NCBI GenBank assembly: GCA_044377495.1 | Contig: JBILYY010000001.1 | Span: 24,196 to 88,195 of the forward strand | From: Bacteriovoracaceae bacterium | GTDB lineage: Bacteria > Bdellovibrionota > Bacteriovoracia > Bacteriovoracales > Bacteriovoracaceae | DNA length: 64,000 bases | Reading direction: 5' to 3' | Shown here: in pieces, positions 1 to 9,582 of the stretch | How positions within the stretch are numbered: position 1 is the first letter of the stretch | How the letters are laid out: every line of letters starts with the position of its first letter | Notes under the pieces: model-generated | What the model was told of the DNA's origin: nothing | The model's input: only the letters and a program-made list of their open reading frames with translations | Database searches by the model: none | Translations under genes and position numbers: made by a program

Positions 1-686
1 TTTAAGGGGTTTTTGAATACACAGCCACAATTTTTAGTAGCAAGAGGCTGGGTTCTTTTTCGATACTCTAAATAATCGCGGATTTTTTGCGGAATTGTTT
101 CATCTATACCAAGGTGACTGATGGTTGCTGAAATAATAACTTCGCCGGGTCTGACAAAATTATTTTTGCGATAAGAAAAACTGTCTTTTGATATTAACTC
201 TTCTCGCAGTTCCCCATCAGGAGTTATCAGTTGAACATTTTTTACAAGGGATCCGATTTCGCCCAGATTAGTTCCAGCATTCATGAAAATAGCGCCACCC
301 AAAGAAGCCGGGATTCCAGTGAAAACTTCCCACCCCTTAAGCCCAAACTTAACAGCATGAGCGGTTAGATGATTAATTCCAAGCGAAGCAGGAATTAAAT
401 ATTCGTCCTTAACGGTATCGAAAATATTTTGATCAAAAGGTAGTTCTAAGTAAATTATAATATCTTTACATTGGGCAGGCAGAATCTGATTAGCACCCCA
501 ACCAACAATTAAATAAGATTTTTTTTCTTGATTTAAAATAGTAAGAGTCTTTTGCAGACCCTCAATGCTTTTTATTTTTAATAAATCGCCATGAGAATTC
601 AATTTGAATGTTGTATAACTTGTAAGGTTTTCATTTTCAAAAAATTCAACACCAGAAAGAGAGTGTAGCTTCTCTTTTAAATTCAT
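1..686 (-). CDS. murB: UDP-N-acetylenolpyruvoylglucosamine reductase, 3' end runs off the window; not in ORF track
   Basis: Manual translation from ATG at 686 (ATGA overlap with murC stop): MNLKEKLHS...VGWGANQIL...GIPASLGGAIFMNAG...FSYRKN...RKRTQPLATKNCGCVFKNP; MurB motifs and dcw position. Confidence 0.93.
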   Translation of the reverse strand, partial: MNLKEKLHSLSGVEFFENENLTSYTTFKLNSHGDLLKIKSIEGLQKTLTILNQEKKSYLIVGWGANQILPAQCKDIIIYLELPFDQNIFDTVKDEYLIPASLGINHLTAHAVKFGLKGWEVFTGIPASLGGAIFMNAGTNLGEIGSLVKNVQLITPDGELREELISKDSFSYRKNNFVRPGEVIISATISHLGIDETIPQKIRDYLEYRKRTQPLATKNCGCVFKNPL

Positions 687-2059
687 AATTCTTTGACCAT
701 TTCTCGAATATTTTTAGAAATTGAGCCCGCGCCTAAAGTTAAAAATATTTTGCCCGGTTGGTGATGACTTTTAAGCACTGGTCCCATTTCTTTTAGTGAT
801 GGTAAAAAACTGACCTGTTTACCATTTGCCTTCATGGCCAAAACGAGCGCCTCGCTAGAAATTCCATCGATCGGCTTTTCACTTGCGGCATAGATAGGGA
901 GTAAAAATAATTCATCACTTCCCTCAAAACATTCCTGGAATTCCTTCCAGAAATTCTGTGTTCGACTATAACGGTGTGGTTCAAACACAACACAAAGAGA
1001 ACGCTTGTCGACATTTTTAAGCGCCGTTATGGTTGCCCGCACTTCGGTAGGGTGATGGCCATAATCATCAATTACTAAGAAATCATTTTTATCGAACAGT
1101 TTTTCTAATCTTCTGCCCACGCCTTGAAATTTTAAAAGACCACTTTGAATGAAATTCCATTCGAGGCCTGCTTCGCGAGAAATTGAAATGGCAGCAAGAG
1201 TATTTGAAACATTATGAATGCCTAAAAGATGAGTTTTTATTTGTACTATTTTCTCATTCTTATAATAAAGGTCAAATGTCGTTCCACTCGCAGAAAGCTG
1301 AATATTCTTTGCCAGGTAATCAACTTCCTCGTCATTTGTTTCAATTCCATACCAAACCATTGGTCTTTTTATCCGGCTTTTGATCGCCAAAGTTGAGGCG
1401 TCATTGCCGTTAAGTGCAATTCTTCCATAAAAAGGTAGCTTGTTAACAAATTCTACAAAAGCTTCCACAACTTTTTCTTTCGTACCGTAAAAATCCAAAT
1501 GATCATCATCAATATTTGTAATGACGGCCATAATTGGATTTAGAAGAAGAAATGAACCGTCTGATTCATCAGCTTCAGCAATCAGGAATTCACCATCACC
1601 CTTTTGTGCATTTCCCCCAAGGTTACTGACAATCCCGCCAATAATGTGGGTGGCATCAAGTTTTGCTTCTTGAAAAATGGTGGCAATTAAACTCGTAGTT
1701 GTAGTTTTTCCGTGTGAACCTGCGACCGCAATTCCAAATTTAAGCCGCATAAGTTCGGCCAGCATTTCTGCACGTCTAATCATGGGGATTTTTAATTCTT
1801 GGGCACGAGAAAATTCAGGGTTTTTAGTATCAATAGCTGAGCTGTATACAATCAATGTTGCATCTTCAATATTGGATGCTAAGTGACCTAAGAAAATGCT
1901 GGCACCTTTTTTTTGAAGATTTTCAGTAACGGAAGATGAATTTAAATCTGAACCTGAAACTGTGTAGCCCAAATCCAAAAGGACTTCAGCAATACCACTC
2001 ATGCCGATTCCGCCAATACCAATAAAATGCAATTTTGTAGTTTTAAGAAATCCCAACAT
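683..2059 (-). CDS. murC: UDP-N-acetylmuramate--L-alanine ligase
   Basis: GIGGIGMSGIA, GSHGKTTTT, EADESDGSF, DDHLD, DDYGHHPTE, FEPHRYSRT motifs. Confidence 0.97.
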   Translation of the reverse strand: MLGFLKTTKLHFIGIGGIGMSGIAEVLLDLGYTVSGSDLNSSSVTENLQKKGASIFLGHLASNIEDATLIVYSSAIDTKNPEFSRAQELKIPMIRRAEMLAELMRLKFGIAVAGSHGKTTTTSLIATIFQEAKLDATHIIGGIVSNLGGNAQKGDGEFLIAEADESDGSFLLLNPIMAVITNIDDDHLDFYGTKEKVVEAFVEFVNKLPFYGRIALNGNDASTLAIKSRIKRPMVWYGIETNDEEVDYLAKNIQLSASGTTFDLYYKNEKIVQIKTHLLGIHNVSNTLAAISISREAGLEWNFIQSGLLKFQGVGRRLEKLFDKNDFLVIDDYGHHPTEVRATITALKNVDKRSLCVVFEPHRYSRTQNFWKEFQECFEGSDELFLLPIYAASEKPIDGISSEALVLAMKANGKQVSFLPSLKEMGPVLKSHHQPGKIFLTLGAGSISKNIREMVKEL

Positions 2060-3098
2060 GGTCTTGTATCTCTTTTAATATCTCAGAGCAGGTGTGATTA
2101 CCTGCGTGAGGTGCCTGAGAGTACTTTAACGCTTCCATTGAAGCCTTGACTAGGAATTCTTGTGCTTGTTTGAGGCACACATCGTGAGGACTTTTAGGGT
2201 CAAGGACCTCGACCGTGAAGTCGGATTCTTCTTTAAATATTTGTGCATTATATAACTGATGATTATCAGTAGCTTGAGGGTAAGGAAAAATAAGAACCGG
2301 TTTTTTTATGATGGCCAATTCTGATACAGTACTTGCTCCAGCTCGTGCGATAATAACGTCGCACCACTGATATTCGGCTTGGATATTATCGATGTATTCC
2401 ATTGGTTGGTATTCAACAACACTGGAAATTTCTGGAACTTTTTGGCCACTGCCAAGCTGGTGGTGGATACTCATGTTTGTAACAGAAGGGTTTTTTAAAA
2501 TATCAAAAATCACTTTATTTATTTGAGTTGCACCAAGGCTTCCACCAAAGACCAGAACTTTTAAATTTGTATCTATTTTTTTATTAGGTACAGGCTGAAT
2601 TGATTTACGGGTAGGATTTCCCACTACTCGAACTTTGTTGGCCAGACCTGAGGATAGGCCTTTGGTCTTGGTAAAATGCACAAATATTCGAGTAGAAATC
2701 CATCCAAGAATTTTGTTAGTCAGTCCCATAACAGCGTTTTGCTCTATGATAAACACTGGAACCCCTTGTAAAAAACCTGCTAAAAGGGTGGGACCACAAA
2801 CATATCCACCAGCACCAATAATAAATTTAGGTCGCTTGGTAATGTACAAAAATGAAATTGAAAAAAAACCTAAAAAATTTAAAACAATATTTTTAATAAG
2901 CGTGAAAGGGTTATTTGTTCTTAAAGGTTTAGAATTAAGGTGCCGGACATTTTGACCTTTAAACAATTTGTAATCTAGAGGCCTTTTGCCAGTGAGATAA
3001 AGAATTTCATAGCCCTGTTCTTTAAGCGCTTCACCAACTGCCAAAGCTGCATTGATATGTCCGCCGGTTCCACCTGCAACAAGTACTGCGTATTTCAT
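2043..3098 (-). CDS. murG: Undecaprenyl-PP-MurNAc-pentapeptide GlcNAc transferase
   Basis: GGTGGHI, GGYVCGP, EQNAVMG, GNP, GGSLGA, RAGASTVSE motifs. Confidence 0.95.
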   Translation of the reverse strand: MKYAVLVAGGTGGHINAALAVGEALKEQGYEILYLTGKRPLDYKLFKGQNVRHLNSKPLRTNNPFTLIKNIVLNFLGFFSISFLYITKRPKFIIGAGGYVCGPTLLAGFLQGVPVFIIEQNAVMGLTNKILGWISTRIFVHFTKTKGLSSGLANKVRVVGNPTRKSIQPVPNKKIDTNLKVLVFGGSLGATQINKVIFDILKNPSVTNMSIHHQLGSGQKVPEISSVVEYQPMEYIDNIQAEYQWCDVIIARAGASTVSELAIIKKPVLIFPYPQATDNHQLYNAQIFKEESDFTVEVLDPKSPHDVCLKQAQEFLVKASMEALKYSQAPHAGNHTCSEILKEIQDHVGIS

Positions 3099-3101
3099 GG
3101 A

Positions 3102-4268
3102 TTAATTAAATACACTTTTGAGCGCACCAATTGGAGATTGTTTTCCCTTGGCCTTAACATCTTTCACGTCGCTAGGCTGGATTTTAATGCATGCAAAAAC
3201 CAATCCGAGAGCCGCAAGATTGGCCACCATGGATGACCCTCCATAACTGATAAATGGAAGATTTAATCCCTTCGTTGGAAGAACACCTAAGACAACACCC
3301 ATATTCAGAAAAGCTTGAAAACCAATTGAAAAAATAATACTTGAAACCATTATGCTTCCCACACGGGACTTGAGCGAAATTGCCATTTTGAAGCCGATAA
3401 AAATGAAACATACGAACATTATGGCCGTGGTAATTACACCGACAAAACCTAACTCTTCCCCGACCACAGAAAAAATAAAATCATTATAGGCTTCGGGCAG
3501 ATAAAATAATTTCTCGTTACTATTTCCCAGACCTTGTCCAAAAAAAGAACCGTGCGCAAAAGCTAAAAATGATTGAATAACCTGAAAGCCGCTTCCTCTT
3601 GGGTCGGCCCATGGATCTAAAAAGGCAAGCAGACGTTTCACTCGGTATGGTGCAGAGATTAAAATTCCAAAGGCACCAATAAAGCCAACCACCATCGTTC
3701 CATATAGGTACTTACGCGGAAATGAACTTAGAAATGCAATAAACCCAATAATCATGGCGGAAATAAAAAATGTACCAAAGTCGGGTTGAAGAACAAAAAC
3801 TGCCAATGGATAGACCAATCCCGAAGCGTAAAGAACCTTTTGTTTCGAATCGTAGTTATTAAAATTTTCAAAATAACGGATCGCCGCCAACATAAGTGTG
3901 TATTTAATGAACTCACCCGGCTGAAGGTTCATAAAACCTAGGTTTAGCCAGCGTTTTGAACCCTTCATCATGACACCAATTCCAGGTACCAGAGTCAGAG
4001 TGATGACAAAGCTAAAAAGGGCATTAATCTTGTAAGCTTGTTTATAGAGATAAATAATTTTAAATTTTGAAAAGACTAAAGCTAAAGTTAATCCAAGGGC
4101 AACGAAGATTAATTGCTTATATAAAAAGAAGTAGCTGTTGCCCATGTTCTCAGTTGCGTACATATAGCTCGCAGAGAAAACCATAATCACGCCAAAGAGA
4201 GTCAGAAAAAAGACATTGATTAGGAAATAATTAGTTAACTTTTCTAGTCGGTTATTTGCGTCTTGCAT
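3102..4268 (-). CDS. ftsW: SEDS peptidoglycan polymerase FtsW
   Basis: Polytopic; GSKRWL, QPGEF, QPDFG, LPEAYNDFIF, PFISYGGSS; dcw position. Confidence 0.93.
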   Translation of the reverse strand: MQDANNRLEKLTNYFLINVFFLTLFGVIMVFSASYMYATENMGNSYFFLYKQLIFVALGLTLALVFSKFKIIYLYKQAYKINALFSFVITLTLVPGIGVMMKGSKRWLNLGFMNLQPGEFIKYTLMLAAIRYFENFNNYDSKQKVLYASGLVYPLAVFVLQPDFGTFFISAMIIGFIAFLSSFPRKYLYGTMVVGFIGAFGILISAPYRVKRLLAFLDPWADPRGSGFQVIQSFLAFAHGSFFGQGLGNSNEKLFYLPEAYNDFIFSVVGEELGFVGVITTAIMFVCFIFIGFKMAISLKSRVGSIMVSSIIFSIGFQAFLNMGVVLGVLPTKGLNLPFISYGGSSMVANLAALGLVFACIKIQPSDVKDVKAKGKQSPIGALKSVFN

Positions 4269-4269
4269 G

Positions 4270-4309
4270 TGTTACACCGGAAATGAGTTGTTTCATTTCC
4301 AGTGTAACA
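4270..4309 (-). promoter_or_regulatory. 17-bp stem-loop filling the murD-ftsW spacer and containing the putative ftsW RBS
   Basis: mRNA sense: UGUUACACUGGAAAUGA-AACAAC-UCAUUUCCGGUGUAACA, one U-G pair, no U tract; GGUG lies 6 nt before the ftsW AUG. Confidence 0.7.
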
Positions 4310-4316
4310 TAGGACA

Positions 4317-5699
4317 TTAAAGTTGGAAGATGAGTTTTTTGTAGTAGTTACCTTTTTCTTCAAAATCACGAAAAACGTCAGTACTGTCATTTCCTGGGCA
4401 CAATAGAATAGTGTCACCAGTTCGTGACTTTTGATAGGCCAGTAAAACTGACTCATCAAATGAACCAACAAGGTAGGTTTGAGTTGAATCACCAAGAACA
4501 CGGTTCATTGCTTCTTTCACTTCACCAACTAAAACCAGAACCCGAACTTTTTCTTTCATGATTCCGGCATATTTATCGTAGGTAACACCTTCGACTTCTT
4601 TACCACCGGCAATTAAAATGACGGGGTCTTTAAAGGCTTCAAGTGAAACTTTAAGTTCATCCATCGTTTCAGACTTGGAATCGTTATAAAAACGAACACC
4701 GTTCTTTTCAATGACAAATTCAAGTCGGTGAGGAATACCAGGAAACTTCTCAATACAGTGCTGAATTGAAAGATCAGATACTTTAAGCGCCTTACAAGCG
4801 GTTATAGCTGCCATCATGTTTTCACGGTTATTCACACCGACAATTCTCATATCTGTGACTTTAAATTCAGAGTGATAATGAATATTGGAATGAATGCGTT
4901 TATCGTGAAAATGAGTTCCTTGAATTTCAGAAATCACGCCCATCGTAACAAACGATTTTCTTGAATACCAAAATGTTTGAGCTTGAGAAGATCTTAAAAC
5001 AGAATTAGAAGCCAGTTTATCAAAATTAACAACTAGATAACTTTCAGGACCAAGGTTTCTTGCAACCTTTAATGCCGTATCAAGGTATTCAGCTGAAGTT
5101 TTGAAACGACCTTGAAGATTTTTTTCTTCAAGATTTGGATAAATGGCCATAACGGGTTTAAAGTTCTCAACAGTTTGAAGCTGCAAGGGAGAGACCTCAA
5201 TTACACAGTAATCAATTTCTTCTTTATTAGGTAATGAAAGAAAATTGATGAAAGGCTCTTCAGAAGTTCCACCAACAAAAACATTCTTTTTATCAACCTT
5301 AAGGGTGTAACCGATCATGTGTGCCGTAATAGTTCTTCCATGGCTTCCACAGACGGCAACTATTGGTCTTTTGCAGTTTTCATAGGCAAAAGCAAAGTCA
5401 GAAAACACCGCTCTACCGTGCTCACGCGCAACTTTTAATTGTGGAAGTTGTGGATCAACCGATGAAGAGTAAACCACCATATCCGCATCTATAAAATCTT
5501 CATCTTTGTGCTCACCAAGTGTCATTGTGGGCACAGGTGTAATTTTTCTTAAGCGCTTAACCTGTTTATTTAAATCAAAGATCGGCTTGATATCCGTAAC
5601 TTTAATTTCACAACCTAATTGAGTAAAAAGATGAATGAGCGCAAACCCAGTCTTTCCAAGTCCAACGACTAAGACTTTTTTGCCTTTATATTTTTCCAT
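4317..5699 (-). CDS. murD: MurD-family protein with degenerate catalytic motifs (possible pseudo-ligase)
   Basis: GLGKTG, PHRLE, NDSK and C-terminal architecture plus dcw position identify MurD; P-loop reads GSHGRT and the DHLDRY and carbamyl-Lys motifs are absent. Confidence 0.85.
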   Translation of the reverse strand: MEKYKGKKVLVVGLGKTGFALIHLFTQLGCEIKVTDIKPIFDLNKQVKRLRKITPVPTMTLGEHKDEDFIDADMVVYSSSVDPQLPQLKVAREHGRAVFSDFAFAYENCKRPIVAVCGSHGRTITAHMIGYTLKVDKKNVFVGGTSEEPFINFLSLPNKEEIDYCVIEVSPLQLQTVENFKPVMAIYPNLEEKNLQGRFKTSAEYLDTALKVARNLGPESYLVVNFDKLASNSVLRSSQAQTFWYSRKSFVTMGVISEIQGTHFHDKRIHSNIHYHSEFKVTDMRIVGVNNRENMMAAITACKALKVSDLSIQHCIEKFPGIPHRLEFVIEKNGVRFYNDSKSETMDELKVSLEAFKDPVILIAGGKEVEGVTYDKYAGIMKEKVRVLVLVGEVKEAMNRVLGDSTQTYLVGSFDESVLLAYQKSRTGDTILLCPGNDSTDVFRDFEEKGNYYKKLIFQL

Positions 5700-5715
5700 G
5701 AGAACTCCTTAAAAT

Positions 5716-6792
5716 TTATCTTAGTTTCAGTGTTGCAAGTGCAAGAATGGCAAAAACCAGACTCACAATCCAGAAGCGAACAATAACCTTGGTTTCTGGC
5801 CAACCTTTTAATTCAAAATGATGATGAATAGGTGCCATTTTAAAAATTCTTTTTCCTCTTGTTTTAAAAGATGCCACTTGTAAAATCACGGACAGTGCTT
5901 CGATGACAAATATCCCACCGATTAGGACAAACAAGATTTCGTTTTTTGTTAAAACGGCAATCGTTCCGAGACATCCACCAAGAGACAGAGACCCAACGTC
6001 TCCCATGAAAATCTCGGCAGGATAAGCGTTATACCACAAAAATCCCACACTTGCCCCAATTATGGCAGCAACTAAAACAAGTAGCTCTCCCACATCTGGG
6101 ACGTAAGGAATGAGTAGATAGTTTGATAATTCAACGTGCCCGGCCAAATAAGAAAGTAAGCCCAGCGTTGCTGCAGAAGTTATAGTAGGTCCAATCGCTA
6201 ACCCATCTAACCCATCTGTTAAGTTTAAGGCATTTGAGGAGCCCACAATTACGAATGCGGCAAATGGAACGTACCACCATCCAAGATCAACCACCGGATC
6301 TTTTAAAAATGGGACGTAAACTTGCGAGTCAGTTATTCCATATTTAATCATTACAAAAGCTGCCATTAAAGCAGTTAAAAACTGCCAGGCCAACTTTTGG
6401 CGAGCACTAACACCTTTTGTATTTTTCTTGAGTACTTTAAGGTAGTCATCAAGACCCCCCAATAGGAAATAAGAAACTGTTACAAAAAGAGTGATTAAAA
6501 AGGGAAATGACACAAAGTTACCGCAAACGGCACAGGCAATGACGGCACTGCCCAAAATAAACACACCGCCAAAAGTAGGGGTTCCCTGCTTTTTCTTGTG
6601 AGATGCCGGTCCCTCGTCACGAATCGTTTGCCCAAACTGCTTTAATTTCATTAATGCTATAAATCGTTTGCCCCAAACAATTGAAACTACCGTGGCAATG
6701 ATAAACGCAAGAAACGACCTGAAAGTAATGTATTTGAATACATTGAACAAATGACTAGATTGACTTAGTGGGTAAAGCCAATAATAAAGCAT
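5716..6792 (-). CDS. mraY: Phospho-N-acetylmuramoyl-pentapeptide transferase
   Basis: KKQGTPTFGG, DDYLK, NALNLTDGLDGL, FMGDVGSL, MAPIHHHFE. Confidence 0.97.
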   Translation of the reverse strand: MLYYWLYPLSQSSHLFNVFKYITFRSFLAFIIATVVSIVWGKRFIALMKLKQFGQTIRDEGPASHKKKQGTPTFGGVFILGSAVIACAVCGNFVSFPFLITLFVTVSYFLLGGLDDYLKVLKKNTKGVSARQKLAWQFLTALMAAFVMIKYGITDSQVYVPFLKDPVVDLGWWYVPFAAFVIVGSSNALNLTDGLDGLAIGPTITSAATLGLLSYLAGHVELSNYLLIPYVPDVGELLVLVAAIIGASVGFLWYNAYPAEIFMGDVGSLSLGGCLGTIAVLTKNEILFVLIGGIFVIEALSVILQVASFKTRGKRIFKMAPIHHHFELKGWPETKVIVRFWIVSLVFAILALATLKLR

Positions 6793-6817
6793 GTTTATCC
6801 CTTTAAAAAAGATAAAC

Positions 6818-8224
6818 TTAAGTTATATCGAAGAGTGACTCCAATTGTAAAGAGCGAGATCCTTTTATAAAGTGAATTTGATATTTCTTTAAAACGATAC
6901 TACGAAAATCTTCCTTAAATTCAGCAGCACTTGGTCTTCCCGCGGCTTGTGGGTGACCTTTAAGGTAATCGCCGCTGAATCGACCAATAAAATAAACCTG
7001 ATTAAATCCAAGTAATTTAATAAAACCACCTACATCCTTGTGATATTGAGCTGAAGAATCTCCCAACTCGTTCATATCACCCAAAACGACGCAGGCCTGA
7101 TCTAACGTAAAACCTTGGCTTAGAACGCTCTCTTTAAAACCTTCTAACGCTGCTTTCATAGAAGATGGATTAGCATTGTACGCGTCAAGAAAAACAGGGC
7201 GACCATCAAACTCTATCCATTCCGAGCGATTTTTTGTTGGGCGAAAATTTGAAGCGGCAATAAGTATTTGTTCACGTGATTCAGGATAAAAATGACTAGC
7301 AATAAAAACACACGTTATGAGATTTAATTTATTATGGCGTCCAGTAATGTGATTATTCGTTGCAACTAAACTTTGACCTTTGTATTCAATTTGGGCGCCA
7401 TTTTCTAAAAAGGCAACTTTGGCTTCAGCTTCAACCGATGTACCGAAAGTAACAGCACCATCAAAAGAGTTAAAATTCTTCAAAAAATTGTCGTCTTTAT
7501 TTATAAGATAAAAACCTTTGCCTCGAGAAACCTCTTTAACTGCATGGTAAAGATGGCCCTCTTCATCAAATACTTTTTCTTCTGTTTCGAAAAATTCCAG
7601 ATGAGTTGCACCAATATTCGTAGTAAGACCTGCGTTTGGTGAGGCGATATCACAAAGAACTTTAATTTCGCCAGGATGATTACTTCCAAGTTCTAGAACC
7701 ACCATTTCAGTCTGATCATTAACTTGTAAAAGAGTTAAGGGGACACCCAAGTGATTATTGTTGTTTTTTTCTGTTGCAACAATTTTACCAGGCTTAATTG
7801 TCTTTAAAATATGCGACAACATTTCTTTGTGAGTCGTTTTACCATTTGATCCTGAAATTGCAAAAACTGTATTTTTTGGATTAAGATTTTTCCAATTATT
7901 AATGTGATGATGAGAAAGTTCCTGCAAAAATGTAACCGAGTCTGAAACTGGCATAAAAGCAGTTTTAGGAAATTTGAGTTTAAGATCATTTACTTTTGAT
8001 TGATTAATAAGATCATCTTGAAAAACAATGAGCGGACACTTCTGAGAGAGTAAGTTTTCAATTACATCCAACGGGTTTACTTTAATTCCAGGTATAGCTA
8101 CAAAAAATGAAGGGTGATGATATTTCCTTGTATCAGTACAAAAACTCAGACTTAAATTTAAATCAATTTCTTTGGGAATAGATAGAACCGAAGGACATTT
8201 TTTAAAATGTGTTAAAGAAATCAT
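6818..8224 (-). CDS. murF: UDP-MurNAc-tripeptide--D-Ala-D-Ala ligase
   Basis: GSNGKTT, NNHLGVPLTL, ELGSNHPGEI, DAYNANPSSM, LGDMNELG, KGSRS. Confidence 0.95.
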   Translation of the reverse strand: MISLTHFKKCPSVLSIPKEIDLNLSLSFCTDTRKYHHPSFFVAIPGIKVNPLDVIENLLSQKCPLIVFQDDLINQSKVNDLKLKFPKTAFMPVSDSVTFLQELSHHHINNWKNLNPKNTVFAISGSNGKTTHKEMLSHILKTIKPGKIVATEKNNNNHLGVPLTLLQVNDQTEMVVLELGSNHPGEIKVLCDIASPNAGLTTNIGATHLEFFETEEKVFDEEGHLYHAVKEVSRGKGFYLINKDDNFLKNFNSFDGAVTFGTSVEAEAKVAFLENGAQIEYKGQSLVATNNHITGRHNKLNLITCVFIASHFYPESREQILIAASNFRPTKNRSEWIEFDGRPVFLDAYNANPSSMKAALEGFKESVLSQGFTLDQACVVLGDMNELGDSSAQYHKDVGGFIKLLGFNQVYFIGRFSGDYLKGHPQAAGRPSAAEFKEDFRSIVLKKYQIHFIKGSRSLQLESLFDIT

Positions 8225-9582
8225 ATTTTGTTCCTTGAAATAAACTCTTCGACTTCACGTATGTCACTATATGGATGTTTCACCCCATTAATGAGAATAT
8301 AATCTTCGTGACCTTTTCCGGCGAGTAATAGGACCTCATTATCCTTTAATTCAGAAAAAGCAATATTAACAGCTTTGGGACGTTCTGTAATTGATTGAAA
8401 TTTTTTACCTTTAATACCTGACAATATATCTGAAATAATTTGTTCTGGATTTTCTGAACGTGGATTATCACTGGTAACGTAGATTTCATCGGCCCAGTCT
8501 GCAACCACCGAAGCCATTATTGGCCGTTTTAGACGATCACGATCGCCACCACATCCAAAAAGTACTTTCAGTTTATAATTGGGAAATGTTTTTTTTATTC
8601 CCTGACAAATATTTTTTAATGCGTCTGGAGTATGCGCGTAATCTACTACAATATAGCTATTTCTAAAGGCTCGAATATAAAAGCGACCGTCTGGTGGTAA
8701 TAATGAATCATAATTGATTGTTACAGATTCATTAAATGCACTTTCAATTAAGGCCTTCGCTACTTCTAAATTATTTTTATTAAACTGAGTTCTGAAAAAT
8801 AACGGCAACTCACCTGCAATTTCAGGCGCCATATTTGCCTTAGATGATGTCCGCTTTAATTTGTCAAAAAGATCTTTCTGCTCTGAAGGCACAAATAACT
8901 TTTTATTAGGCAACAGCTTGTTTAATATCAAACTTTTGGCATCATAGTATTTATCCATCGTCTGGTGATAATCAAGGTGATCTTGTGAAAAGGACAGCCA
9001 TCCAGCCGCATCAAAACTTATGTCACACAATCGATCCTGAACCAATGCATGAGAACTGACTTCTGTTACACAAAAATCCTTATCCACACCATACTTGTAC
9101 AAATACTTTCTGAAATCTATAAAGCTTGGAGAAGTAAGGCCAAAATCTAAAAGTGTTTTGTTGTATTCACGCACTCCAAGAGTACCAATACTAAACCCTT
9201 TTCTCCCGGCCAGATGTCCAATTTGTAAAACCAAATCCGCCGTAGTCGTTTTTCCATTCGTTCCAGTTATACCAATCATTTTAATTTTTGGCTGAGGATA
9301 AATTCTATCTAGAATTTTTTTCTGAATATGGGTCCAGAGTTCTTCATTGATAATGCTTACATTTCGGGGAATATTTTGCACACTTCTATTTATAACCAAC
9401 CATGCATATTGCGAGTCTTTTATTCTATCTAAAAAAAGTTGCTCACTTTTGGTATCATCTGTCAGTTTATAAAAGAGAATGCTTTGGGGAGTGGAATCCT
9501 GTGTTCGCCAATGAATATCATTTATTAGTACTTGTGGGATTGATTCATTTAAAATTTTTCCAAGCTCATCATTATTCAGCAT
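8221..9582 (-). CDS. murE: UDP-MurNAc-dipeptide--meso-DAP ligase (ATG 9582 preferred over ORF-track 9603)
   Basis: GTNGKTT, EVSSH, QDHLDYH, DYAHTPD, GCGGDRD, DNPR (meso-DAP-type motif). Confidence 0.95.
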   Translation of the reverse strand: MLNNDELGKILNESIPQVLINDIHWRTQDSTPQSILFYKLTDDTKSEQLFLDRIKDSQYAWLVINRSVQNIPRNVSIINEELWTHIQKKILDRIYPQPKIKMIGITGTNGKTTTADLVLQIGHLAGRKGFSIGTLGVREYNKTLLDFGLTSPSFIDFRKYLYKYGVDKDFCVTEVSSHALVQDRLCDISFDAAGWLSFSQDHLDYHQTMDKYYDAKSLILNKLLPNKKLFVPSEQKDLFDKLKRTSSKANMAPEIAGELPLFFRTQFNKNNLEVAKALIESAFNESVTINYDSLLPPDGRFYIRAFRNSYIVVDYAHTPDALKNICQGIKKTFPNYKLKVLFGCGGDRDRLKRPIMASVVADWADEIYVTSDNPRSENPEQIISDILSGIKGKKFQSITERPKAVNIAFSELKDNEVLLLAGKGHEDYILINGVKHPYSDIREVEEFISRNKI

